A stretch of 64,000 nucleotides of DNA from Candidatus Woesearchaeota archaeon (lineage in GTDB: Archaea; Nanobdellota; Nanobdellia; SCGC-AAA011-G17; JACPNG01), in NCBI GenBank assembly GCA_016185615.1, contig JACPNE010000004.1:4625-68624 (forward strand). Direction: 5' to 3'. Position 1 is the stretch's first letter. Every line of letters begins with the position of its first letter. The notes under the pieces were generated by a model. The model saw only the letters and a program-made list of their open reading frames with translations. It was not told where the DNA came from and searched no databases. This document shows, in pieces, positions 19,450 to 28,219 of the stretch. Both the position numbers and the translations under genes were made by a program.

Positions 19450-19719
19450 TTATTTTTTAGGAGCTATTCTTTTTAGTTCCTCATAGCTTACAGCCCCACA
19501 AACCCATTTCTTAGTCTCTTCATTAAAAAAGAATGGAACTCCGCCACATTTTCCATTATCATATTTTTCCATCTTTCTTTTATTCTCTTCATTGTGCCAT
19601 ACTTCTAATTTTTCAACTTTAATGTTAAATTCTTTTTCTAATTTCTTGACTAAAGGTTCCATTTCTTTGCAATGGGGGCATTCAGTTCCTGTGAACATTA
19701 TTATAGACATAGCTATCAC
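19450..19719 (-). CDS. Thioredoxin/glutaredoxin-fold protein
   Basis: CPHC active site, GGVP cis-Pro loop. Confidence 0.88.
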   Translation of the reverse strand: MIAMSIIMFTGTECPHCKEMEPLVKKLEKEFNIKVEKLEVWHNEENKRKMEKYDNGKCGGVPFFFNEETKKWVCGAVSYEELKRIAPKK

Positions 19720-19852
19720 CTCTCTTAATTTAAAAACTGTTTATTACTTTAAAAATTTAATGATTAATATATTAAACATTCATTTTGTATAAAAACATAA
19801 AAAAAGAATATGATAAAAACCTATATAAATGGAAATATACCATTAAATCGTA

Positions 19853-20716
19853 ATGGTACTAGAGTCGTTGATAGGGCCGGTTAAAGCAGAAAAAAAATTC
19901 TGGGAACTATTTTTCTTCGGCATTTTCTATTCATCAATTGCTGCTATTCTATCATTATGGATATTCAAAGATCAATCAAGCTTAATTGTTGTATTTCTAA
20001 CTGTGTTTGCAACAATCCCCTTAATGTATAAAACTATGAAATATGAAGAAAGTAAAGATTTGGTTATACAGGGAGAGTTTAATCTACTAAAAGCCCATAG
20101 CAAAGCATTGCTTTTTTTCATGTTTCTATTTTTTGGAATTGTTGTATCTTTCTCTTTATGGTATACTTTTCTGCCAGAAGAGCTAGGAAGTTCATTATTC
20201 TCAACCCAAGTAAAGACAATAGAATCAATAAACGCCCAATTAATCAAGGCAGGAATTTCAAGCTCTACAATATACGAAGATTTTTTCATACAGATCCTTA
20301 CTAATAATGTTAAAGTTTTATTGTTTAGCATATTTTTTGCATTTTTCTATGGTGCTGGAGCAATATTTATACTTACATGGAATGCCTCTGTAATCGGAAG
20401 CGCAATAGGAATTTTTGTAAGAAAAACTATTGGAGAGGTAGCTACTAATTTCGGATTGTCAAATATTGCAAGTTATTTCCATGTTATATCTCTTGGAACA
20501 TTGAGATATATGACACACGGTACATTTGAGATATTAGCTTATTTCATAGGTGGATTAGCCGGAAGTCTAATATCTGTTGCAATGATAAGGCATAGCTTGG
20601 AAAGTAGAGAATTTAAGCACGTCCTTATAGATTCAATGGATTTGGTTATAATCGCTGTTGGAATATTGGTTTTTGCTGCTTTTATTGAAGTCTATGTAAC
20701 CCCAGCAATATTCTAA
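19853..20716 (+). CDS. SpoIIM-family membrane protein
   Basis: IL.NN, WNA, HG..E and AAFIEVYVTP motifs. Confidence 0.88.
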   Translation: MVLESLIGPVKAEKKFWELFFFGIFYSSIAAILSLWIFKDQSSLIVVFLTVFATIPLMYKTMKYEESKDLVIQGEFNLLKAHSKALLFFMFLFFGIVVSFSLWYTFLPEELGSSLFSTQVKTIESINAQLIKAGISSSTIYEDFFIQILTNNVKVLLFSIFFAFFYGAGAIFILTWNASVIGSAIGIFVRKTIGEVATNFGLSNIASYFHVISLGTLRYMTHGTFEILAYFIGGLAGSLISVAMIRHSLESREFKHVLIDSMDLVIIAVGILVFAAFIEVYVTPAIF

Positions 20717-20753
20717 AAGTAAGATTTTTAAATAGATTAATCAACCCAAAAAG

Positions 20754-21356
20754 ATGAAACCTTCTATAATAAGAAGAGATAATGCTAAATTTTATAGAAA
20801 TAAAAAGACATTAACTATTATACTTGGATTATTTATTATTGGTACAATGGTTCTTAGTATGTTCGCTTACTCTGGAAGTTATAGTTCTGGAGAAAATTAT
20901 TATGATTATAATGGATATAAATTTATCCAGACAGAAAACGGATTCCTCACTTATATTGATAAAAATCCAATTGAATTTAATTTCGGTCCCCAAGAGGTTG
21001 AATATCTGCAAGCTACTGTAGATTTAAGAAGCCAGAATTTTAATTCCCTTGATAAAGTGTATTTAAGTTTTAGCCCAAGTGATAATTTGTATTCTGTTGT
21101 CAAAGAATTCGTAAGATTTATTCCATTAAATCAAAATTACATTATCTCTTGTCCTTCAGATATAGCCGGATGCGAGAATCTTCCTATAAAGACATGTGAA
21201 GATGCAAATGATAAAGTTGGGGTAATCCAATTTGAGTTATCTGATAAAACAGAAATGATAACAAAAGATACATGCATGACTGTTAAGGGAACCCAGCTTT
21301 CGATGATAATGTTGATAGATAAGATAGCATTAATAAATTTAGGGGTAATGAAATGA
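20754..21356 (+). CDS. Membrane-anchored hypothetical protein (paralog of the next gene)
   Basis: N-terminal TM, YNGYKF, C-terminal C..A...VGVI...C....G....DK....LGVM. Confidence 0.75.
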   Translation: MKPSIIRRDNAKFYRNKKTLTIILGLFIIGTMVLSMFAYSGSYSSGENYYDYNGYKFIQTENGFLTYIDKNPIEFNFGPQEVEYLQATVDLRSQNFNSLDKVYLSFSPSDNLYSVVKEFVRFIPLNQNYIISCPSDIAGCENLPIKTCEDANDKVGVIQFELSDKTEMITKDTCMTVKGTQLSMIMLIDKIALINLGVMK

Positions 21357-21904
21357 AAAAAATAATTACATTATTAATTATTATGTTTATTACAGCTAGC
21401 TGTACTTTTTTTACTGAAGCTCCTGGAACATATAAATATGGAGAATTTGAGATTACTAGGGTAAAAGAAGGTGGCTATGAAGGATATTCAACAAAAGTAT
21501 ATATCAATGAAAGTCCTGCCCCAACATATATGAATACAAGACATGATCCACAGAGTTTAGAGGATATTAAAATTGGGAATGGAGTAAGAGAGAATTTACT
21601 TACAAAAGAAGAATTATTTTTATACATAGAAGATAAAAACTTAAAAGGATTTACAACTGTAGCTGGATTGGAATTCAATAACTTAATGGAAAGATTTTAT
21701 AGCATTCCTGTAAAATATGAAGATAATAAATATTCATGTAATAATGCTAACGAAACTATTGGTGTTGTTAAACTTCAATTAGGAGATGAAACAAAAGTAT
21801 TTGTTGAGGATAATTGCGTTGTTTTACAAGGACAGACTGAGCAAGATTTAGTAAGATCTGCTGATAGGGTGATGTTCTTCCTATTGGGAATAATGAAAGG
21901 ATAA
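21353..21904 (+). CDS. Putative lipoprotein (paralog of the previous gene)
   Basis: Lipobox-like TASC; C..A...IGVV...C....G....DR....LGIM. Confidence 0.75.
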   Translation: MKKIITLLIIMFITASCTFFTEAPGTYKYGEFEITRVKEGGYEGYSTKVYINESPAPTYMNTRHDPQSLEDIKIGNGVRENLLTKEELFLYIEDKNLKGFTTVAGLEFNNLMERFYSIPVKYEDNKYSCNNANETIGVVKLQLGDETKVFVEDNCVVLQGQTEQDLVRSADRVMFFLLGIMKG

Positions 21905-21905
21905 G

Positions 21906-22061
21906 ATGAAAGACCCAATACCGAAAAAACTGTATGAAATTCTGGCTTGTCCTGTTTGTAAATCGGATATTAAATATAATAAGGATAAGATATCATTAGT
22001 ATGTTTAAAATGCGACAAGAATTATAATATAAAAAATGGAATTCCAATTTTATTGCCTTAA
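21906..22061 (+). CDS. Trm112-family zinc-knuckle methyltransferase activator (below the ORF-track cutoff)
   Basis: MKDPIPKKLYEILACPVCKSDIKYNKDKISLVCLKCDKNYNIKNGIPILLP: LACPxCK...CxxC...Y.I..GIP.LL. Confidence 0.92.
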   Translation: MKDPIPKKLYEILACPVCKSDIKYNKDKISLVCLKCDKNYNIKNGIPILLP

Positions 22062-23881
22062 TTTGACACTTTGGAAAATATTTCTCTTAGTATATTAGTA
22101 TCAATCCCAAAATTATTTGGATTTATATTCGCAATATTGCTTGATAATTTATATTCTGAATCAAATTTAATATCATCTGGATTGTTTACAAGAAGATTAT
22201 TCTGTCCAAATGTGCTGTAAAGTCCTATATCTATGCCAGCAGGAGATGGCCATGTTCCTATAATGATATTTCCCTTAAATTCTCCCCCAGGAAAATAATC
22301 TAAAGCGCTATCTCCAGATCCTTTGCCTGAGCCGAAGATTCCATAGTCATTATGATACGCTATATTATTTATAAATTTAAATCCTTCATTTAATCCTTGG
22401 TCAGCAATTAAGATTGATCCTTTATTTATCATAGTATTATGATCAAAAGTAATATCTCTTGTTGGTCCCAATATCTGAATCATCTTGCTGTTTCGTTCTC
22501 CAAATTCATCACCCCCAATATTATCAAACAGATTATTCTCTATTAATATATTATTTGTCATTTTGCTTTCTGCATTATCATCTTCTCCAAGTATGTTAAT
22601 CACAGCAGCAGAATTCCTAACTATATTATTCCTAAATTTAACATCTTCAACAACAGTCCATGGGGCATCATTATCTTGGTTTCTCGGAGTAAAAACTATT
22701 GCAAAACCATTCTGTGCATCAGCCCAGTTATTCTCGAATATATTATCTTCTATAACAACATCTCTTGCATTTTTCAGTTCAAGTAGATTCTTAATAGTCC
22801 AGCTGCTTCCATCATAACTATTGCTATGTTTATTCCATTTCATTGGCTTAGAAAAATAGTTTTCCTTAATTTTTATATTGCTTGGAACTAGATTGTTTGA
22901 ACCGGGGGATGCTCCTCCAAATAAGATATTTTCTCCAGATCCCTCTATATAATTGTTTATAATTTTATAATCTCCAGGACCGCTCCATCCAGCAATCGCT
23001 TGTGTATCTTCTCCAATTCCTTTCCAGTCAGAAATATATGAATCTCTAATCTCAGTTGATCTTGAATTTAATGCTATTCCCCTTTTTCCTCCGTTATTTG
23101 GGTCTCCATGAATATATGATTTCTCTATTATTATATTATAAGGGATTTCATCATTGTCTCCAAGGACTATTAATCCAAAAGAATATGAATTTGAAGAAGG
23201 TAAAAATTCTACCCCGCATATAATAAAATTATGTGCTCCCCCTTCTGTTTTTAATGCTGGCTGGGAGTTTGGACTTATAATTTTTGGCATATTATCTCTG
23301 TCTTCCGGATTTACTCTATTATTTGGCAGTTTATAAATTTCTGAAGAGATTATAGCAACCCATCCATCTCCCTCTTTTTTTGGAAGTATAAAATTCCCTT
23401 CATAATATTTTCCAGCCTCAAGTTCTATTATATCCCCAAAATTTGAATTATCCAATGCTTTCTGCAAATCTTCATTTTCTCTTACTATAATTTTATTATT
23501 TAAGTTGAATTCTTCCAAACCACAATTAAGGTTATTCTTTTTATCATCATTTATACTCATAATCTTGTTTGAATCACTCAAATCATTAGAAATGTAATTT
23601 ACGTTTACTGCTCCTGAATCTTCATTATAATTTTTATTATTACTATTGTCATGATTTGATCTTGAAGTTTCCCTTCTATCAACTAAAAATGTATTTTCAT
23701 TTATTGATTTTGTATTAACTCTTGGATAGCTTTGTTTAAAGTTATCTTCAAGATTTTCCATAACAATAACAGATGACTTGTTTGGTTTGCTCAATATCAA
23801 AACCAAGCCGGCTGTTACTACAAGTAAAATTACTCCTATTAGAAGGCTAATTCTAAATAGGGAGTTATTATTAAACTTCAT
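22058..23881 (-). CDS. Membrane-anchored right-handed parallel beta-helix protein (pectin-lyase-like fold)
   Basis: N-terminal TM, Asn-rich linker, LQKALD...GDIIELEAG cap, many I-x-x-N-x-F/I coils; start trimmed to MKFNN. Confidence 0.82.
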   Translation of the reverse strand: MKFNNNSLFRISLLIGVILLVVTAGLVLILSKPNKSSVIVMENLEDNFKQSYPRVNTKSINENTFLVDRRETSRSNHDNSNNKNYNEDSGAVNVNYISNDLSDSNKIMSINDDKKNNLNCGLEEFNLNNKIIVRENEDLQKALDNSNFGDIIELEAGKYYEGNFILPKKEGDGWVAIISSEIYKLPNNRVNPEDRDNMPKIISPNSQPALKTEGGAHNFIICGVEFLPSSNSYSFGLIVLGDNDEIPYNIIIEKSYIHGDPNNGGKRGIALNSRSTEIRDSYISDWKGIGEDTQAIAGWSGPGDYKIINNYIEGSGENILFGGASPGSNNLVPSNIKIKENYFSKPMKWNKHSNSYDGSSWTIKNLLELKNARDVVIEDNIFENNWADAQNGFAIVFTPRNQDNDAPWTVVEDVKFRNNIVRNSAAVINILGEDDNAESKMTNNILIENNLFDNIGGDEFGERNSKMIQILGPTRDITFDHNTMINKGSILIADQGLNEGFKFINNIAYHNDYGIFGSGKGSGDSALDYFPGGEFKGNIIIGTWPSPAGIDIGLYSTFGQNNLLVNNPDDIKFDSEYKLSSNIANINPNNFGIDTNILREIFSKVSN

Positions 23882-24001
23882 TTTACCCCCAAAAAGATTA
23901 AGAAAGTAAGTGGAGTATAAAAAGTCTCTGAAACTATTTGTCAGATGTAGCAACTTTTATAAAGTAAAACTTAAATTTCTAGTTTAGAGTCTAGAAGAAA
24001 T

Positions 24002-24115
24002 GCCGGGATCGCATAACCTGGTATTGCACTGATTCTTGATGATAAATTATCAAGAAGTGTAAGCCTTGAGAGCCAGGTCTTTCGGGACATCTGGGTTCGA
24101 ATCCCAGTCCCGGCG
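24002..24115 (+). tRNA. tRNA-Ser (anticodon TGA) with a 31-nt intron at position 29/30
   Basis: Acceptor stem GCCGGGA/TCCCGGC with G73; T arm CTGGG-TTCGAAT-CCCAG; long variable arm GTC-TTTCGG-GAC; removing 24032-24062 gives a perfect anticodon arm CTGGC-CTTGAGA-GCCAG. Confidence 0.93.
24032..24062 (+). other. Archaeal tRNA intron with a relaxed bulge-helix-bulge motif
   Basis: Central helix GCAC/GTGT, bulges TG^A and AA^G, intron helix TTCTTGAT/ATCAAGAA. Confidence 0.9.
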
Positions 24116-24183
24116 AATCTAGAATTCTAATTATAATATTACATTCTAAGAAAACTTAAATATAATTTGTTTATTTTAGTTAA

Positions 24184-24483
24184 ATGGCTGTAGTGACTAA
24201 GAGTATAGAAAAAACAGCACAAGAAATAATTCTAGAAAGTTTTTTATCTGGATTAATAGAGAAAAGAACCATTGAAGGGATATGTAAAGAAAGAGGCATT
24301 CGTAATCCCGAAGAGATTGAAAGATATAGGCAACAAGCAAAGGAAATTGCTGGGAATGGGGTTATATTATATGAAGGCAGATTAAAAGTCCTTTCAGAAG
24401 ATAGAAATGGATATTATTCATTAAAGGAAGCATCTAAACTTAGGAAAATAATGCATTATTTAGGAAGAATAATTAGGATATAA
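24184..24483 (+). CDS. Hypothetical protein
   Basis: ATG after a TATA-like TTAAATA; protein-like composition; no motif recognised. Confidence 0.6.
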   Translation: MAVVTKSIEKTAQEIILESFLSGLIEKRTIEGICKERGIRNPEEIERYRQQAKEIAGNGVILYEGRLKVLSEDRNGYYSLKEASKLRKIMHYLGRIIRI

Positions 24484-24815
24484 AAATACAGATTAAGACT
24501 GAAGAACTTGAATATCTTTTGGTTTAAATATCCTAACCCTTTGAAGCCAATCATCTCTTCCAGAAGATTTAGGTGTTTTATATATTCACTCATTGGAACT
24601 AACTCTCCATTAGGTAAGTATAAACTATAGTTTTTTGGTAATTCTTTAAGACTACTAGAAGTTGAATCTGCTTCTTCATGAGAGATAGGACTCATTTGAG
24701 CAAGAACTTCTAAATCAGAAGAAACCTCTCTGAACTGTTCTTGTGTGAAACCAAAGCTTAATGATTCTCCTCGCCCATGCCAACTAACAATATCAAATCT
24801 ATAATGAGTTCCCAT
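24456..24815 (-). CDS. Hypothetical protein
   Basis: Follows the upstream gene with an AGGAAG-like ribosome-binding site; no motif recognised. Confidence 0.5.
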   Translation of the reverse strand: MGTHYRFDIVSWHGRGESLSFGFTQEQFREVSSDLEVLAQMSPISHEEADSTSSSLKELPKNYSLYLPNGELVPMSEYIKHLNLLEEMIGFKGLGYLNQKIFKFFSLNLYFYILIILPK

Positions 24816-24820
24816 TCTTC

Positions 24821-25543
24821 CTACAAAAACAATCTTCTTATCTTTCTTTTTATAAATCTCCTATTCCAGACTAAAACTAGTATAATAATAACCCCTAAAA
24901 TAGTCCATATCCAGTTATCAGCTAACCTATCAACTATTCTTGGCTTATTTGTATTTTCAATAGTTGATGCTTCTTCTGCTCCTTCTTCCTCAGCAACTGC
25001 ATTGTTTGAATTCTTGAATAAATTATTAAATAACACTTTTATCTTATCAATGAAGCTATTTTGTTTCTCATTTGATTGTGTTCTTCCAAATAATTGTACT
25101 TTTCCTGTCTTTTCTTCATCATTTATCCTTTCAAAGCTGAATGTAACTCTCTTATCTTCTATTTTATCTAATCTAAGGCTTAAGTCATCTAGGCTATCCC
25201 TGTCAAAATCAAGCTTTATTATATTATTAAATCCTAAATCAAAATATTGTGGGGTTTCAGCCCCTTCTATGAAAATTGTCAATCTTACAAAATTATTAGT
25301 ATTTCCTATCTCTCTAACCATAACCTTATGCTCTTTTTCAGTTAACTCATAGTTTATCTCACCTTGAGCATACTTATCCAAATCATACTCTCTGTAAGGA
25401 ACTGAAAATCTAATTATGTCTCTTTCATTTATTGTTATCAAGGCTTTATTCTCATCATTAAATTCCAAAGCATGAATCTGTGCTGCAAATGATAGAGATA
25501 TATTTAACAGTAAAAGAACAACTAAAACAATAAGTTTTCTCAT
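24821..25543 (-). CDS. Exported membrane-anchored protein sharing a domain with the adjacent surface glycoprotein
   Basis: Signal peptide, PQYFDLG...LDFDRDSLDDLSLRL, C-terminal TM. Confidence 0.78.
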   Translation of the reverse strand: MRKLIVLVVLLLLNISLSFAAQIHALEFNDENKALITINERDIIRFSVPYREYDLDKYAQGEINYELTEKEHKVMVREIGNTNNFVRLTIFIEGAETPQYFDLGFNNIIKLDFDRDSLDDLSLRLDKIEDKRVTFSFERINDEEKTGKVQLFGRTQSNEKQNSFIDKIKVLFNNLFKNSNNAVAEEEGAEEASTIENTNKPRIVDRLADNWIWTILGVIIILVLVWNRRFIKRKIRRLFL

Positions 25544-25624
25544 GATTTTATGCTGTTAAGTTGTACTTATAAACATTTAGAAATTGGAAAATATATAAAT
25601 TAATATAAAAAATAGAAGAAAAAT

Positions 25625-28078
25625 CTATTTCTTCTGCATAAAGTAGTATCCTGCCAATAATAGCAAGATTAATACTATTACTACAACAGTTATGGTTGTT
25701 GTAAGGCTTCTTCCAGTGCTTACTGGCTCTGGAGATACTTCCCCTTCTGGAGAAACAGTCTCTTGTGCCTCTGCTGCAGCTGCCTCTTCCTCTTCCACAA
25801 CTACCTTAGCTCCTTCCTCTATCTTCTTTATTGTTATGTCTGCTGTTCCATTATAGACGCTGTTTAATGTCACTTCTACATCATCTAATCCGTCATTGTT
25901 TACATCTACTTTTCTTGATTCTCCAACATTTAATACAAATGTCTGAGGATCTGAAGCTATTGTTATTGTTGCTGCTGTATCAGATAATGAATCTACCTTT
26001 AATGTATGTGTTGTTGATCCATCAAAGCTGAATGTCCTTGTTGAACCTTCTGCTACTTGTACAGCTGCTTCAGTTGTTGCTTCTTGTGAAAAGTCTACAT
26101 CAAAGCTTACAGTAGTTCCACTGGATGATCCTCCTCCACCGCCTCCGCCACTTCCACCAGCTGATGCTGAGTAGAGTACGCTAAATGATGATGTTGAAGT
26201 CTTTGTATTTCCAACATTATCTGTTGTTTTACATTCAATGCTATAACTTCCAGCCTCACTAGTATCAGTTGAACTGAATGTTAATGCTGTAGTTGATGAT
26301 GTTGAAGTCTTTGTAACAGTAGTTCCACTTGGCTTTGTTATTGTTGCTTTGTAATTAGCAACCCCGCTTTGTGTATCTGCTCCGCCACAAGTATAGCTTA
26401 TTGAATCTCCTGGACCTATTGAAGTATCACTTGGTGCTGTTAATGTTGCTGTTGGTTGAGTACCATCTATTATATATGAGTATGGTCCTGCAATCATAGC
26501 ATATCGTGTATCAGTTTTGTTAATACCACCAACACCATCATCTTCTCTTACAGACGAGTTTACTAGAAGTGCAAATCTTACTGTATTTGAAGCATTTCCA
26601 CTAAAGTCATTTCCTGCAGTTATAACTGCTGGTTGTTTGCTATTATCTAATGTTCCTGTTTTATTATCTATATTTGGAATTATAATACTAGCTTCAACAT
26701 CTGCAACATAACCGTTTGTTCCCAAATCTAATGCCCCTGTAGTATTATATACTAATACTACATCTGTTAGGTTTATATCTGCTCCTGTAAACTCTATATT
26801 AAATGTGTGATTTCCTTCTGCTAAATACTCTCCACTTGAGGTAGTTACTGTATTTGTATCATCAGTTACATTGACTTTATAGACTGTTGGTGTTCCATCT
26901 CCAGTTCCATTAACTGAGAAGATGAATGGATCTCCTGTTGCTGATCCATTAACAGTTACTATATTACCGAATGTATCATTTAATATAAGTGCTAAAGTTA
27001 CTGTTACAGCTTCATTTGAGGTACATGTATTATCAACTATGCCTGTATAAGCAACTGTATTAGTTGCAACTTGTAGACTTGATGTTCCTGCTCCCCTTAT
27101 TGATTGGTATGAATGATTTGTTAATCCGCTTGGAACAAAGAATGCTCCCCCAAGATCACCATCTAAAGCAGTTGATACATTAGATCCATCAGTTGTACAG
27201 TTATAGTATAACAATACTGTATCAATACTATCTTCCTGTACTTGTAATGTAACTGTTAAATTTGTTGCATTACTCAAATAGTTACTTAAATATCCAGTAT
27301 CATTTAATGGGAATAGTAATGGTGCTACTCCTGCTTCTGTCTGATTTAATAATGTTGTATTTCCATCTGTTATGTTTATATCTACTAATCTTGGACCCAC
27401 TCCATCTATTGTTAAATTGAGTATTGTTGTGTTTGAAAATCCAGCAGCAAATACTGAATCATTTGCAGTCTGTAATTGAATCTGAGCTATCTCTTCACTT
27501 AATACAGTTCCACCACTACCGCCACCTGTAACATTAATCATTAGTATTAATGTGGTATTTGCTCCTGCACCTAAAACATCTACACTAGATGCTAATTCAC
27601 CAACATCATCTGCAGTACTACATCTGATTACATCATCTCCTGCACCATTAGTCATATTAAAACAACCCCATGTTGTAGTAGCTCCTCCAGAGCCATATGA
27701 AGTTACATTACTTAAATTGTCTACTCCCCCTATTAGATCTACAGTTGAGTTTTGATCAATCTGTTCAAAACCTAAAGTAATTGGATTTATAAAATACTTA
27801 AAACTATAATTACCAACTGGTAAAGTAAGATTAAAACTTGTAATGTTATAACTTGGTCCATCTGTATTTGCTACAATTGTAATATTTATTGTTTCTTCTT
27901 CTCCACCCTTAGTTCCATTATTATGACCATCAGAACCACCATATGCTATTATAGCAGTATTATCATAATCCAATGTAGCAACAGAGAAAAACGCATTATA
28001 AACCACAAAACTTATTGAAAACAAAACTAAAGCTAAAAATAATATTTTAATATCAGAGAATCCCCCTTTTTTGTCCAT
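25625..28078 (-). CDS. Major cell-surface (S-layer-like) glycoprotein
   Basis: T/S/G/N-rich, about 35 N-x-S/T sequons, Ig-like module, poly-Gly linker, DVNNDGLDD loop, C-terminal TM with a basic tail. Confidence 0.82.
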   Translation of the reverse strand: MDKKGGFSDIKILFLALVLFSISFVVYNAFFSVATLDYDNTAIIAYGGSDGHNNGTKGGEEETINITIVANTDGPSYNITSFNLTLPVGNYSFKYFINPITLGFEQIDQNSTVDLIGGVDNLSNVTSYGSGGATTTWGCFNMTNGAGDDVIRCSTADDVGELASSVDVLGAGANTTLILMINVTGGGSGGTVLSEEIAQIQLQTANDSVFAAGFSNTTILNLTIDGVGPRLVDINITDGNTTLLNQTEAGVAPLLFPLNDTGYLSNYLSNATNLTVTLQVQEDSIDTVLLYYNCTTDGSNVSTALDGDLGGAFFVPSGLTNHSYQSIRGAGTSSLQVATNTVAYTGIVDNTCTSNEAVTVTLALILNDTFGNIVTVNGSATGDPFIFSVNGTGDGTPTVYKVNVTDDTNTVTTSSGEYLAEGNHTFNIEFTGADINLTDVVLVYNTTGALDLGTNGYVADVEASIIIPNIDNKTGTLDNSKQPAVITAGNDFSGNASNTVRFALLVNSSVREDDGVGGINKTDTRYAMIAGPYSYIIDGTQPTATLTAPSDTSIGPGDSISYTCGGADTQSGVANYKATITKPSGTTVTKTSTSSTTALTFSSTDTSEAGSYSIECKTTDNVGNTKTSTSSFSVLYSASAGGSGGGGGGGSSSGTTVSFDVDFSQEATTEAAVQVAEGSTRTFSFDGSTTHTLKVDSLSDTAATITIASDPQTFVLNVGESRKVDVNNDGLDDVEVTLNSVYNGTADITIKKIEEGAKVVVEEEEAAAAEAQETVSPEGEVSPEPVSTGRSLTTTITVVVIVLILLLLAGYYFMQKK

Positions 28079-28145
28079 TTAAAACATTCCCCCTTTTATT
28101 TTAATATAATTATAATTCATATTTAGTTGTTAGAGTAATAAGACA

Positions 28146-28160
28146 TATATAAATATTTCT
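28146..28160 (-). promoter_or_regulatory. Archaeal BRE/TATA promoter of the surface glycoprotein gene
   Basis: AGAAATA-TTTATATA on the minus strand about 70 nt upstream of the ATG; AAGGGGGA purine tract before the start. Confidence 0.55.
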
Positions 28161-28219
28161 ATAAATCAATTGTATTAATCATATTAATTTTAGAGTAACA
28201 ATTTTTAAGTGATAAATAA

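Noticed and set aside
24063-24075. Reading the second tRNA as tRNA-Sec or tRNA-Leu
   Set aside because: After splicing the 7-nt loop is CT-TGA-GA, so the anticodon is TGA (Ser), not TCA or GAG; the 7-bp acceptor stem and G73 fit Ser.
22058-24815. Integrated element at tRNA-Ser
   Set aside because: Orphan-like genes flank the tRNA, but I found no integrase and no duplicated tRNA 3' end.
24777-25352. Long antisense ORFs (also 14066-14536, 15303-15740, 35224-35781, 43456-44025, 45060-45551, 54511-55047)
   Set aside because: They lie wholly opposite well-supported genes and have the Ser/Phe/Ile/Leu-rich composition typical of shadow frames.
26125-26170. GC-rich low-complexity tract
   Set aside because: It encodes the poly-Gly/Ser linker of the surface glycoprotein; not an RNA gene or repeat element.
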